Source: an uncultured Muribaculaceae bacterium (lineage in GTDB: Bacteria; Pseudomonadota; Alphaproteobacteria; Rs-D84). Taken from it: a DNA stretch of 32,000 nt. The position numbers and the translations under genes are program-made. The notes below the pieces were generated by a model, which was not told the origin of the DNA, did no database searches, and was given only the letters and a program-made list of their open reading frames with translations. Below are positions 1 through 10,376 of the stretch, in pieces. Every line of letters starts with the position of its first letter. The stretch's first letter is position 1. Location of the stretch: the NCBI GenBank assembly GCA_965231035.1, contig OZ246409.1:241101-273100 (forward strand), given 5' to 3'.

Positions 1-492
1 CCCCAGAATATCTTCAATTTTATCAGACGCTTCTTCAATATCTATTTTGTGTAAAACAGCAAATTCTTGGGCCATACGCTCTAAAGCGCGCAGATACAAT
101 TGACGACCGGAAAAAGTCATAGTGTCCGCTGCACTTCTGCGTTGCAAATCACGAACAACCTCGGCCAACTTCATCAAATCGCCAGAATTAATATTTTCTT
201 CGTACTGTGCGGCACGGCGCGCCCAAATCATGCGTTTTGCACCTGCTTTGCCATGCGCAGACGCGATTGCTTCGTCCATTTTCTTGGTTGTTGTCAAAGG
301 ACGCAAACCAGAAATTTCAGCACGATCCAACGGAACACGCAATGTCATATGATTTTTTTCAAAATCAATTACCAGCATTTTAATTTTTTGACCGCCGATA
401 ACCTGTTCTTCGGTACGAACAAGCTTTCCAACGCCTTGGGTTGGATAAACCACGAACTGTCCAGTTCTAAAATCTAATTTTTTAGTCGGCAT
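1..492 (-). CDS. CarD/CdnL-family RNA-polymerase-binding transcription factor (C-terminal end runs off the window)
   Basis: Absent from the ORF track because no stop lies in the window. I translated the minus strand by hand from ATG 492-490. The frame stays open to position 1 (164 codons). It reads MPTKKLDFRTGQFVVYPTQGVGKLVRTEEQVIGGQKIKMLVIDFEKNHMTLRVPLDRAEISGLRPL...SGDLMKLAEVVRDLQRR..., which matches the CarD_CdnL_TRCF N-terminal domain pattern (F-x-x-G-x-x-V-x-Y-P-x-x-G-V-G). Confidence 0.8.
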   Translation of the reverse strand, partial: MPTKKLDFRTGQFVVYPTQGVGKLVRTEEQVIGGQKIKMLVIDFEKNHMTLRVPLDRAEISGLRPLTTTKKMDEAIASAHGKAGAKRMIWARRAAQYEENINSGDLMKLAEVVRDLQRRSAADTMTFSGRQLYLRALERMAQEFAVLHKIDIEEASDKIEDILG

Positions 493-532
493 AAAAGTGC
501 ATCCTTTAACTGCCATTCTCTCTGTGAGTATA

Positions 533-560
533 ATTATATCATAAAAATAGGAAAAAACAA
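533..560 (-). promoter_or_regulatory. candidate sigma70-type promoter for the CarD-family gene
   Basis: On the minus strand: TTGTTT (560-555), 16 nt, TATAAT (538-533), about 40 nt upstream of the ATG at 492. Motif match only, in AT-rich DNA. Confidence 0.3.
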
Positions 561-582
561 ACGGCTAAAACAATAATTTTTA

Positions 583-1140
583 TTATTTAACCAGTCGACC
601 GGCTGACCCTGTTCTGCGGATACTAGAGCTGTATATTCCAGTATTACTACCAACTGACTTTGCACAAATCCATTCCCCGTTTTTCAATACCGAGGTTTCG
701 TCACTTGCACAGCTAGTAGGCTTTTCCAGGCGCCAAGTGTAACAACTGCCTTTTTGATACGATCCATAGGTTGCAGTATCTGCCCCACCACGAGTATAAG
801 CACCATAGTCAGGATTCCAAACACCAGCTGATTCGCCAGAACACCACTTTCTGTCACCAAAGCAAGTTACACATGTATTTTCAGCATCACATAATTCAGC
901 AGGTGACGAAGTCGATTTATACCCACTGGCAGCCAAATCGGCATTTCCCATAGTTTTGCCATTTTCCAAGTCACGACACCAAAGCTTTTTACATTCATAT
1001 GCTGTCACACCATCAACCTTGGACGTTGTGTTCAAAACATAGCCAGGTCCGCAATAAAAGAATTTTTCATCAGCAGCATAACCTGCACCAATCGAAAAAA
1101 CGATGAATGACAAATAACAAATTGTAAATATTCTTCTCAT
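583..1140 (-). CDS. exported cysteine-rich protein, unknown function
   Basis: The track ORF is 583-1176. I prefer the internal ATG at 1140 because MRRIFTICYLSFIVFSIGAGYA|ADE is a classic Sec signal peptide. The mature part has 10 Cys and is G/S/T/Y-rich. No family recognised. Confidence 0.6.
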   Translation of the reverse strand: MRRIFTICYLSFIVFSIGAGYAADEKFFYCGPGYVLNTTSKVDGVTAYECKKLWCRDLENGKTMGNADLAASGYKSTSSPAELCDAENTCVTCFGDRKWCSGESAGVWNPDYGAYTRGGADTATYGSYQKGSCYTWRLEKPTSCASDETSVLKNGEWICAKSVGSNTGIYSSSIRRTGSAGRLVK

Positions 1141-1242
1141 GTTTCTAATTTTATATTTTTTTGTACAGTTTAGCAATCTGATTTTATCAGTTTATATAAT
1201 TTATTGCGAGTTTTTTATTCATAAGGTTGAAAAATAGATTTT

Positions 1243-1686
1243 TTATTGTCCCAAACCGGCAGGTGTAAATCTGCCGATATTATTAAACAATTCTTGGACT
1301 GCATTCAATTCCACAGCTGCTGGAACCTGGGTTTCGCCCTTGGCAATTTTTACATCTTTGAAATCCTGGTCATGCATAACTTTTGTCTTTTTTATATTAC
1401 CAGCGGAATCAGGCCAGACCAACAGCGCCATTTTATTATCATAAGTCAAAGGTGTTGGACCATGATAATTTTCATCTGCGCTGAAATAAATCCACACAGG
1501 TTCACCATATACCGTTTTAACCTGGGGGCTGCCTAATTTGTCTTCTAATTGCGCAGTGGTCTTTACACTTTTGATTTCAGTTTCCAAATTTTCAGGAAAA
1601 ACATACCCGCGATGTTTGGTTTGAAACGTACACGCAGAAAGTGTCGTTAACACAGAAAAACTTAAAGCTATCGCGGATATTTTCAT
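1243..1686 (-). CDS. bamE: outer-membrane lipoprotein, BamE (SmpA/OmlA)-like
   Basis: The N-terminus MKISAIALSFSVLTTLSAC is a lipoprotein signal with lipobox L-S-A-C. The size (147 aa), the RGY motif just after the lipidated Cys and the C-terminal ...NNIGRFTPAGLG tail fit my memory of alphaproteobacterial BamE. It starts 10 nt after the PFOR stop. Confidence 0.6.
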   Translation of the reverse strand: MKISAIALSFSVLTTLSACTFQTKHRGYVFPENLETEIKSVKTTAQLEDKLGSPQVKTVYGEPVWIYFSADENYHGPTPLTYDNKMALLVWPDSAGNIKKTKVMHDQDFKDVKIAKGETQVPAAVELNAVQELFNNIGRFTPAGLGQ

Positions 1687-1696
1687 TTTTATACCT

Positions 1697-4600
1697 TTAA
1701 CCTTCGCCTTTGCTTTTTACAGTATTGCGCATCAGGGCAAATTGTGCAATATGCTTTTTCAAATTAGTTTTATAAGCATTATTTATTTTTGCTGATTCAA
1801 CTAATTTTCCAAAGTTTTCATTTACACTTTTTGCTGCCCCAAAACGGCTTTCGGTTTTTAGAAACTCTTCCAGTTCCAGCGGATTATTGTCATGATTAGA
1901 ATCCATAACTAATGGGTTTTGACCCTTGTTAATCATATCAGGATTGAAACGGTAAAGGGGCCATGCGCCGGTTTGAACCATTTTCATCTGATGATCTGGT
2001 GCGTTTTGCAAATCAAATCCATGTGCAATGCACGGAGCATAAGCCAATATTATGGATGGACCATTAAACGCTTCTGCTTCACGGAAGGCTTTTAATGCTT
2101 GGGTTGGATTTGCACCTAATGATATTTGTGCGACATACGCACCGGACATCATTGCAATCATTCCCAAATCTTTCTTGGCCATTTCTTTACCACCAATCGC
2201 GAATTTCATGCTGGCACCAAATGGTGTAGATTTAGATTGCTGACCACCAGTGTTTGAATATCCTTCGGTATCCAAAACCAAAATGTTTACATTCTGTCCA
2301 CTGTGCAAAATATGGTCCAATCCGCCGTATCCAATGTCGTACGCCCAACCGTCACCGCCGATAATCCAAACAGATTTATCAACCACAGAGCCTATTAGGC
2401 TTTCTGCCATTTTCGCTTTTGGATTTTTTATTTTTGACAATTTTGCATACAAAGTTTTTTCGTTTTCGCGTTGCTTGAAAACATCTTTTTCATCAAACAT
2501 TTTTTCAACATTTGGTACTTTCAATTCAAACAACAAACTTTTCAATGCTTCTTTTTTCTGGTTCAAAGCAATACGCATTCCCAAACCATATTCTGCATTG
2601 TCTTCGAACAAAGAATTAGACCAAGCCGGTCCACGACCCGCAGCATTCTTGGTCCACGGCGTTGTTGGTAAATTCGCACCATAGATTGATGAACAACCCG
2701 TAGCATTCGCAACAACCATACGGTCACCAAATAAATGCGTCAGCATTTTTATGTATGGTGTTTCACCGCATCCTGCACACGCACCTGGAAATTCAAAATA
2801 GTGCGGTAACAATTCGACATGCTTTGTCATATTCAGGTTTAATTTTTCTGCAGGGAATTCAGGAATTTTTACAGCTTCCTTAAAATTCTTTTGCTCCCTG
2901 ACCGTTTCAGATATTGGTTTCATCTGTAATGCCTTGACTGGGCAATTTTTAACACAAACACTACATCCTGTGCAGTCTGCTGGTGAAATATTCAAAGTGA
3001 AATACATATTTTCACCCAGTTCAGTTGTCTTCATTGGAACAACTGTCATACCTTTTGCCTTGGCAGATTTCGCCTGCTTTTCTGTCAGAACATTAATTCT
3101 GATTGCAGCATGAGGACAAAGGGTTGAACATTTTCCGCATTGGATACAAGTATCCAAATTGCAAGTTGCAACACTGTCAGAAATTGCACGCTTTTCATAT
3201 TTAGATGTTCCAACTGGATATTGCCCTGCCCCGAATTCACCATCAATTTTGAAAACAGATACAGGCAAAGTATCACCCTTCATCGCAGCCATTTCACCCA
3301 AAGTACCAGCAATCTTAACAGGTGTATCAGTTACCATCGCAGGTATAAAATCAGGTGAATCTTTAACCGGCTTTCCAGGCAATTTATATTCAGTCAAAAA
3401 TTCTGATGCACGGTCAACCGCAGCCCAGTTGGCTTTTACAACTTCATTACCTTTCTTCTTGTATGTTTTTTCAATCGCATACTTGGCAGATTTTACTGCA
3501 ACATTTGGATCAATAACCTTGGTCAGGTTAAAGAAATTCAACATGATAAATGTGTTGATACGATTTCCTAATCCCAGTTCACGTGCGGCACGATTCGCAT
3601 CCAAGAAATAAACCCGTGCACGCATTCTGATTAAATGCTCTTGGGCATCTTTTGGCAAATGTGCAAAAGCATCTTCTGGAGACATACCAGTATTAATCAT
3701 AACAATTCCACCGGCACGCAGACCTGCAAAAATATCAAATCTTTGAGCAATCATAAAGTTTGAAACACTTATGAAATCCGATGATTCAACCAGGTATTGG
3801 CTTTGTATATGTTTGTCAGAAAAACGAATATGCGAAGCCGTCAAACCACCTGATTTTTTCGAATCGTAAACCGCATAAGATTGTGGATATAAATCCGAGT
3901 TATCACCAACAATTTTTACGATGTTTTTAACCGCACCAACTGTTCCATCACTGCCGATACCATACAACAAAGCAGTTTTAACTTTTGGGTTTTCAATTGA
4001 AAACGCAGGATCAGTTTTCAAAGAAAGTTTAGTTAAATCGTCTTCTATTCCAACCGTGAAATTATGATGTATTTTTCCACGAATCATATTTTCTACGATT
4101 GCTTTGACATCCCTTGGTTTGAATTCTTTGGATCCCAAACCATATCGACCGCCAAACACTTCTATTTTATCACCAACAACAGAACGAACATCTTGGTACA
4201 AAGGTTCCCCAATGCTGCCCGGTTCTTTGGTTCTGTCCAATACAGCTATTTTTTCGACTGTTTTTGGCAGTGCTTCTAAAAATGCCTTGGTTGGGAAAGG
4301 ACGGAACAAATGAATTTTAATCAACCCAACACCTTTTGGCATATAAGGTAAAGTTTCTTCGATTGTTTCACAAGAACTTCCCATAGATACGATTACATAC
4401 TTGGCCTTTTTATCGCCGACATAGTCAACCAAACCATACGAACGACCTGTCAGTTTTTCAAATTCGCCCATAACTTTTTCGACAATTTCCGGGACGGCAT
4501 CATATAATTCGTTTGCAGCCTCGCGGGATTGGAAAAATACGTCTGGATTTTGTGCAGTTCCACGGATTGTCGGATTATCCGGTGACATTCCGTTTTTGCG

Positions 4601-5203
4601 ATATTTCATCAATTCTTTTTCCGGTATCAAAGAATGTAAAACCTTTTCTTCGATACGGTCAATTCTGGATTCTTCGTGACTGGTTCTGAAACCATCAAAA
4701 AAGTGCAAAAATGGAACACGTGCACGCAAAGTTGCGGCATGTGCGATTGCAGCCATATCTTGGGCCTGTTGAACATTGTGGCTGGACAGCAATGCAAAAC
4801 CAGTTGAACGCACGGCCATAACGTCACTGTGGTCACCAAAAATGGACAAAGCATGAGTTGCCAGCGCACGTGCTGCTACGTGCATTACAAACGGTGTCTG
4901 TTCGCCAGCGATTTTATACATATTCGGAATCATCAGCAATAAACCTTGGGAAGCTGTAAAGGTTGTTGCCAGCGCACCCATCTGCAAAGCACCGTGCATA
5001 GCCCCAGCTGCACCGCCTTCGGATTGCATTTCGATAATTCCTGGGATTGCACCCCAGATATTCTTTTTGTGTTGAAAAGCCCATTCATCAGCCAATTCAC
5101 CCATGGTACTGCTCGGTGTTATTGGGTATATGGCTGCAAATTCACTGCACCGGTACGCAATATCGGCTGCGGCCCAGTTACCATCTGCTATTATTTTTGA
5201 CAT
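1697..5203 (-). CDS. nifJ: pyruvate:ferredoxin (flavodoxin) oxidoreductase, single-chain NifJ/YdbK type
   Basis: 1168 aa. It has two ferredoxin-type cluster motifs (CIQCGKCSTLCP and CTGCSVCVKNCP) and the TPP-binding motif GGDGWAYDIGYGGLDH. Length and domain order are typical of homodimeric PFOR. Confidence 0.95.
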   Translation of the reverse strand: MSKIIADGNWAAADIAYRCSEFAAIYPITPSSTMGELADEWAFQHKKNIWGAIPGIIEMQSEGGAAGAMHGALQMGALATTFTASQGLLLMIPNMYKIAGEQTPFVMHVAARALATHALSIFGDHSDVMAVRSTGFALLSSHNVQQAQDMAAIAHAATLRARVPFLHFFDGFRTSHEESRIDRIEEKVLHSLIPEKELMKYRKNGMSPDNPTIRGTAQNPDVFFQSREAANELYDAVPEIVEKVMGEFEKLTGRSYGLVDYVGDKKAKYVIVSMGSSCETIEETLPYMPKGVGLIKIHLFRPFPTKAFLEALPKTVEKIAVLDRTKEPGSIGEPLYQDVRSVVGDKIEVFGGRYGLGSKEFKPRDVKAIVENMIRGKIHHNFTVGIEDDLTKLSLKTDPAFSIENPKVKTALLYGIGSDGTVGAVKNIVKIVGDNSDLYPQSYAVYDSKKSGGLTASHIRFSDKHIQSQYLVESSDFISVSNFMIAQRFDIFAGLRAGGIVMINTGMSPEDAFAHLPKDAQEHLIRMRARVYFLDANRAARELGLGNRINTFIMLNFFNLTKVIDPNVAVKSAKYAIEKTYKKKGNEVVKANWAAVDRASEFLTEYKLPGKPVKDSPDFIPAMVTDTPVKIAGTLGEMAAMKGDTLPVSVFKIDGEFGAGQYPVGTSKYEKRAISDSVATCNLDTCIQCGKCSTLCPHAAIRINVLTEKQAKSAKAKGMTVVPMKTTELGENMYFTLNISPADCTGCSVCVKNCPVKALQMKPISETVREQKNFKEAVKIPEFPAEKLNLNMTKHVELLPHYFEFPGACAGCGETPYIKMLTHLFGDRMVVANATGCSSIYGANLPTTPWTKNAAGRGPAWSNSLFEDNAEYGLGMRIALNQKKEALKSLLFELKVPNVEKMFDEKDVFKQRENEKTLYAKLSKIKNPKAKMAESLIGSVVDKSVWIIGGDGWAYDIGYGGLDHILHSGQNVNILVLDTEGYSNTGGQQSKSTPFGASMKFAIGGKEMAKKDLGMIAMMSGAYVAQISLGANPTQALKAFREAEAFNGPSIILAYAPCIAHGFDLQNAPDHQMKMVQTGAWPLYRFNPDMINKGQNPLVMDSNHDNNPLELEEFLKTESRFGAAKSVNENFGKLVESAKINNAYKTNLKKHIAQFALMRNTVKSKGEG

Positions 5204-5301
5204 TTTATATACCTTTTTTTAGTGGACACGATCCGTATAGTACTCCAAATTACACCCAAAAGGCAAGATTAAACGGCAATGTTGACAAATTATAGAATAT
5301 T

Positions 5302-5330
5302 AAAAAATCCCCTTTTTTGGGGGATTTTTT
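5302..5330 (-). terminator. rho-independent terminator after ctp (symmetrical, could act in both directions)
   Basis: AAAAAATCCCC-TTTTTT-GGGGGATTTTTT: a GC stem flanked by an A-run and a T-run, 19 nt downstream of the ctp stop (5349). Confidence 0.7.
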
Positions 5331-5348
5331 AATTTTTCAGGACTGATT

Positions 5349-6779
5349 TTACTTTATTTCTGCTTTTTCAGGTTGGCTTTCGGTCTTTGTTACATTATCA
5401 GCTTTTATTTTATCAATGTTATCAACCGGCTTTTTAATGTCTTTTGTACCTTTTTCGACATCAGGTTTCACAACGGCGGCTTTTTTGCTTTTTAATTTTG
5501 CCATTGCACAAACCATATCCAATCCCCTTTGCAGCTGATAGTCTTTGGCTTCTTTTTGTTCGTCAGTCAAATTTTTATCGTCTTCGTCATCAGCATCCGA
5601 TTTCTTTTTATCAGTATCTTCGTTTTTCAAGGCGTTATTAAAAGAAGCTTCGGAAAACAAGCTTTGCTTTTTTTCTATAACTTCTACCTTGCTTTGCAGA
5701 ACTTCGATATCGGGTGTTATGCCTTCACCTTGGATTGATTTACCACTGGGGGTATAATAACGTGCAATGGTAATATGAATAGCCGTTCCATCACCAAGCG
5801 GTTTTTGCTGTTGAACACTGCCTTTACCAAAGCTTTGTGATCCCATAATCAATCCACGATTGTTGTCTTGGATTGCACCAGCTATAATTTCCGAAGCCGA
5901 AGCTGAACCATGGTTTATTAAAACAACCAATGGCTTTCCATGTATCAAATCGCCCTTGGTAGCAAAACTGTGGTCAATATCGCTTTTTTCGCGACCACGG
6001 GTAGAAACTATTTCACCACTGTCCAAGAAATCATCTGCAACATCAATAGCTGCCGTCAAATATCCACCTGGGTTATTGCGGACGTCCAAAACATATCCAA
6101 TAACTTTTTTCTTTTCCAATTTTGCTATTGCGTCTTTCAATTCTTTGGAAGTTGTCGCTCCGAAGTCAGAAATGCGAATATATCCAATTTTTTTATTATC
6201 ACCTTTTGCTTCGGCCTTTACAGATTCAACCTTGATAATTGCACGCTTCAAAGTTAGTGTCTTTGGTTCTTTACCTTCGGAAACAATTGTTAATTTCACA
6301 GATGTTCCTGGGCGACCCTTCATCTTTCGAACAGCTTCGTTAACAGACATATCAAAAACCTGTTCGCCGTTAATATGAGTTATGTAATCACCCGCCTTGA
6401 TTCCCGCACGCGCCGCAGGAGTATCGTCAATCGGGGAAATAACCAAAATTGCACCTTTGTCACTGGTTATCTGAATTCCCAAACCACCAAATTCACCCTG
6501 GGATTTGTCATTAAAATCCTTAAAATCATCAGCATCCAAGTACGAAGAATGTGGATCCAAAGCACCCAGCATTCCATTCATAGCGCCTTCTAACATTTTT
6601 TTCTCGTCTGGTTCTTCGACAAAATTATCACGCGCAACTTCAAAAACCATGGCCAGTTTTTTCATTTCTTCATAAATCTGGGCATCGGTTAAGTGCTTTA
6701 CAGGCTCTTTTTTTTCTGCTGCAAAACCAGTAACTGGTATAATGACCAAGGTTAACAAAATCAGTATCTTTTTGAACAT
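5349..6779 (-). CDS. ctpA: S41 family carboxy-terminal processing peptidase
   Basis: Start moved from 6839 to the ATG at 6779, which gives the signal peptide MFKKILILLTLVIIPVTGFA. It has a PDZ-like segment (GGLGIQI...PAARAGIKAGDYITHING) and the catalytic-Ser region LINHGSASASEIIAGA. A long K/E/D-rich C-terminal tail follows. Confidence 0.9.
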   Translation of the reverse strand: MFKKILILLTLVIIPVTGFAAEKKEPVKHLTDAQIYEEMKKLAMVFEVARDNFVEEPDEKKMLEGAMNGMLGALDPHSSYLDADDFKDFNDKSQGEFGGLGIQITSDKGAILVISPIDDTPAARAGIKAGDYITHINGEQVFDMSVNEAVRKMKGRPGTSVKLTIVSEGKEPKTLTLKRAIIKVESVKAEAKGDNKKIGYIRISDFGATTSKELKDAIAKLEKKKVIGYVLDVRNNPGGYLTAAIDVADDFLDSGEIVSTRGREKSDIDHSFATKGDLIHGKPLVVLINHGSASASEIIAGAIQDNNRGLIMGSQSFGKGSVQQQKPLGDGTAIHITIARYYTPSGKSIQGEGITPDIEVLQSKVEVIEKKQSLFSEASFNNALKNEDTDKKKSDADDEDDKNLTDEQKEAKDYQLQRGLDMVCAMAKLKSKKAAVVKPDVEKGTKDIKKPVDNIDKIKADNVTKTESQPEKAEIK

Positions 6780-6886
6780 TTTCAATCCTTGTGCTGTTCC
6801 GCAATAAACCATAGACCAAAATAAATCGCCCCGCAACACGATTTTTATTTTACTTTGAAATTTTAAATTAAAAAACAGAATTTAAT

Positions 6887-7960
6887 TTATGGTTCGTTAA
6901 ACAATCGTGAAGGGTCAACCGCATGCGTTCCACGGCGAACTTCCAGATACATTTCTGGCTTGTCAGGATCCATGGTACCAATTGGTTCGCCGGCTAAAAC
7001 TTCTTGTCCAACCAGAGCATCCAGCGTTCCAAGATTTGTCATAACTGTGTTGTAACCATTCTTGTGCGACATAATTACAATTTTTCCAAAACCACGAAAA
7101 TCGTCTGCAAATTTTATAACTCCGTCCGCTGGTGCTACTACCAAAGCATTACCACGAACATGTATGCGCCATCCATCGGATTCCAATCCCAATGCAGTCT
7201 TTTCACCGTATCTAACCGTCAGACGGCCACGAACAGGTGAATTCATTTTACGCCAAGAAAATCTGGTATCAGATGATATTTCAGAATTTCCCACACCCGC
7301 CGACAATTCGGAAATATTTTTTGCCCGTTCTGACAAATTGCGTAATCTTTGTTGAACTGCAAATTGTTGCGTCTTTAGTTTTTCATTTTGAACCGAACGT
7401 GTGCGCAACAATCTGTCTAAATCTTTTTTCTGGGTTGCATATTTTTCTGCAGTGCCGTCCAATTTTTCTTTTTCTGATGCGCGTTCAGATCTGATTTTTT
7501 CCAGTTCTTTTATTTGACCTATTGCAACCTGCATTTGTTCATCAAATCTTTGTGACGCACCTGACAATACGGCAGAAGTCAAAACATAATCGTGCATATT
7601 TTGTGAATCAAAGCTGGGGTGCGAAGAAATAAAAAGAATTGTCCCCGCAGCATCAGCAATTCGACCCTTATTTTCTGCCAACGATTGATTTAACTGATCG
7701 CGCCTTTTATCCAAATCGGATATTTTTTGGGCGACAGCGCTGCGTTGATCTTCCAGAACACTAACCTTGTCAGCAGTTTTTACCAGTTGTTTTTTTGTAC
7801 TTTCTATATCGTGATTTGATGAATTCAGTTTTTGTTCCAGTTGTTCCTGCTGGCGTTCTGTTTGTTTTATTTGCGCATTAATTTGTGCCAAATCTGGCGC
7901 AGCAATAGCCACACCAGAAATTAACAAAACACAAAAATAAATCGCAAATACTTTTTTCAT
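6887..7960 (-). CDS. coiled-coil M23/LytM-domain protein, EnvC-like (possibly non-catalytic amidase activator)
   Basis: It has a signal peptide, about 200 aa of Q/E/K/L-rich coiled coil, and a C-terminal LytM domain (GVIKFADDFRGFGKIVIMSHKNGYNTVMTNLG...GEPIG). The position that usually carries the second catalytic His context reads MTNL, which suggests a degenerate active site. It sits directly upstream of ctp, a common proteobacterial arrangement. Confidence 0.8.
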   Translation of the reverse strand: MKKVFAIYFCVLLISGVAIAAPDLAQINAQIKQTERQQEQLEQKLNSSNHDIESTKKQLVKTADKVSVLEDQRSAVAQKISDLDKRRDQLNQSLAENKGRIADAAGTILFISSHPSFDSQNMHDYVLTSAVLSGASQRFDEQMQVAIGQIKELEKIRSERASEKEKLDGTAEKYATQKKDLDRLLRTRSVQNEKLKTQQFAVQQRLRNLSERAKNISELSAGVGNSEISSDTRFSWRKMNSPVRGRLTVRYGEKTALGLESDGWRIHVRGNALVVAPADGVIKFADDFRGFGKIVIMSHKNGYNTVMTNLGTLDALVGQEVLAGEPIGTMDPDKPEMYLEVRRGTHAVDPSRLFNEP

Positions 7961-9160
7961 CTAAATCTTCATTGCCAAAATTTTTCTAAGGGGTATAAAA
8001 ATCAACATAAATAGAAAAAGTGTTATTATCATTGTCCATTCTATACCAAAACCATCCATCAAAGGTTTCATTAACATCATCATACCACCGGATATAAATG
8101 TGTTATACATAGAATTAACAGACAACACTGTTCCACGTTCGTCAGATTTTATTCTGTGGTGAATATAACTGTTAAACATTAAAGAATTTAATTTCTGACT
8201 TGCTGGTACTATTGCTATTATACCGCACAACAGATAAATTAAAAACATATTGTTTATATTCAACACTATGAAAACAGAAATAATTGCAACAAACATCATA
8301 ATAATCGAAAGATAAAGTGTTTTTTTATGCCCAACTTTATCATAAACTTTATGAGCATATTTTGAAAACACAACCCTTGAAAATTGATTTATGCCTATAA
8401 ATAATCCAAATAATACAGTAGCAATACCAGCAGCTTTCATAACAGGTTGTATAATCCAAAACATAACAAGTGTGAAAGATGCAAAAATTGCCGGAAATAA
8501 CATAAACCATTTTATCTCGGGATGTTTTACAGACATTTTCACTATACCCATAATATCTTGTATCGGACTTTTTTCTGGTGCAACTTTTCTCCTGACCTCG
8601 TGTAATTCCGGTAAAAACAAAACACAAACTACTGCCAAAAATGCTATAAATGCCTCAACCAGAATAATATTATTACCAATAACTGAATACAAAGCAGCCC
8701 CTGTCAAAGTCGCCAGAAAACTAGCCATATTTGAATATGTACTTATACTGCCATATTCTTTTAGAAACTGCTTTTCCCGATTCATTCTTTTTAATAAATC
8801 GTATGCGTAGGCTTCTTTGGTACCACTGAATAACGCCCCTGAAAGTCCCAAACCCATTTCGCATGCAGCTATTTGCCAAAAACCATAAGCCCAAAAAAGC
8901 CCAAAAACAGATAAAAAGAAAACAACTGCTCCAATTAACATTATTTTTCTGCGACTGAATGTATCTGATAAATAACCACTTGGGATTTCAAATAAAAATG
9001 CTGCGACGCGAAACAACCCCTGTATCATAAAAAAATCACCGACACTGATACCTTTGGATTGATACAGAACAACAACTATTGGAACTATTATCAGAAAATA
9101 AAGAAAGAAATCACCCCACTTTAAAAGTTTCAGTGCAGTTTCATTTGATATTTTTTTCAT
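7961..9160 (-). CDS. MFS transporter
   Basis: 399 aa and strongly hydrophobic with about 12 predicted TM stretches. It has an MFS motif-A-like loop, GYLSDTFSRRKIMLIG. It abuts both neighbours (0-1 nt gaps). Confidence 0.8.
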   Translation of the reverse strand: MKKISNETALKLLKWGDFFLYFLIIVPIVVVLYQSKGISVGDFFMIQGLFRVAAFLFEIPSGYLSDTFSRRKIMLIGAVVFFLSVFGLFWAYGFWQIAACEMGLGLSGALFSGTKEAYAYDLLKRMNREKQFLKEYGSISTYSNMASFLATLTGAALYSVIGNNIILVEAFIAFLAVVCVLFLPELHEVRRKVAPEKSPIQDIMGIVKMSVKHPEIKWFMLFPAIFASFTLVMFWIIQPVMKAAGIATVLFGLFIGINQFSRVVFSKYAHKVYDKVGHKKTLYLSIIMMFVAIISVFIVLNINNMFLIYLLCGIIAIVPASQKLNSLMFNSYIHHRIKSDERGTVLSVNSMYNTFISGGMMMLMKPLMDGFGIEWTMIITLFLFMLIFIPLRKILAMKI

Positions 9161-9161
9161 T

Positions 9162-10376
9162 CTACTTCACCAAAACCTTCAAAAATGTTTTCTTGCCTTT
9201 TTGTAACATGATAGATTTTGCAGGTTGAACAATAAAATCTTTGTCTGTAATTTTTTCGCCATCAATCAGCAATCCGCCCTGTTCTATCATTCTACGTGCC
9301 TCGGACTTACTTGGCACAATCCCACTTAACACCGCAAAGTCAACAATGTTCATTTTATCAGACATCTTAATTTCTGTACTTGGGATACCTGTACTTTCAG
9401 CACCACCACTGAACAAAGCCTTGGCTGTTGCAACTGCATCAATTGCCAATGTTTCACCGTGGATAAGTTTTGTAACCTCGTACGCCATTTTCTTTTTTGC
9501 GGCAACAATGTCATTTGTGCACATTGCTACAATTTCTGACATTGGAATATCGGTGAACAAAGACAATAACAATCCTGTGTTTTCATCAGGCATATTGTAG
9601 AAGTATTGATAAAAATCAAAAGGTGTTGTTTTTTCACGTGCAACCCACAGAGTCCCCTTTTCTGTTTTGCCCATTTTTTTACCATCAACTGTCATCAATA
9701 AAGGCGAAGTCAAACCATAGATTTCAGCCTTATCGTTACCATCTTCAATATTCATTTTTCTGAACAGTTCGGTACCAGCAACAATATTACCCCACTGATC
9801 ACTGCCACCAATTTGCAAAACACAATTTTTTTCACGATTCAAATGCACAAAATCATAGGCCTGCATAGGCATATATCCCATTTCCAAGAATGTCAGACCA
9901 CCTGTTTCACGGCGTCTGGCATATGCTTCGCTGGCCAACATTGTATTCACATTAAAGTGAGTACCAACGAAACGCATAAAATCAACATAAGTAAATTTAT
10001 TCATCCAATCGGCATTATCAACAATTTCTGTGTCCGATAAAATAAAACGGCGCGCCAAAGTTTTTACTTCTTCTATATTATGTTTTACTTGCTCTTTGGT
10101 CAGCATTTTACGCATATCAGATTTTCCTGTTGGATCACCAACCAATGCGGTTGCTCCACCGATAACCAAAATTCCATTATGCCCAGCATTTTGTAAATGT
10201 CTGAACATACGCAACGCAAAGAAATGTCCAATATGCAAAGAATCTGCTGTTGGATCTATTCCAAGATAAAAGGTAATCTTTTTTTCACTGTTTAATAATT
10301 TCTTTATCTGGTCAGCATGCGTCATATCTTTTACGAAACCACGCTCGTTCAACATATCAAAAAGTTTCTGTGTCAT
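9162..10376 (-). CDS. tyrS: tyrosine--tRNA ligase
   Basis: GIDPTADSLHIGH (HIGH motif), KMGKT (KMSKS variant) and a C-terminal S4-like domain (SKSEARRMIEQGGLLIDGEKI). 404 aa. Confidence 0.95.
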   Translation of the reverse strand: MTQKLFDMLNERGFVKDMTHADQIKKLLNSEKKITFYLGIDPTADSLHIGHFFALRMFRHLQNAGHNGILVIGGATALVGDPTGKSDMRKMLTKEQVKHNIEEVKTLARRFILSDTEIVDNADWMNKFTYVDFMRFVGTHFNVNTMLASEAYARRRETGGLTFLEMGYMPMQAYDFVHLNREKNCVLQIGGSDQWGNIVAGTELFRKMNIEDGNDKAEIYGLTSPLLMTVDGKKMGKTEKGTLWVAREKTTPFDFYQYFYNMPDENTGLLLSLFTDIPMSEIVAMCTNDIVAAKKKMAYEVTKLIHGETLAIDAVATAKALFSGGAESTGIPSTEIKMSDKMNIVDFAVLSGIVPSKSEARRMIEQGGLLIDGEKITDKDFIVQPAKSIMLQKGKKTFLKVLVK

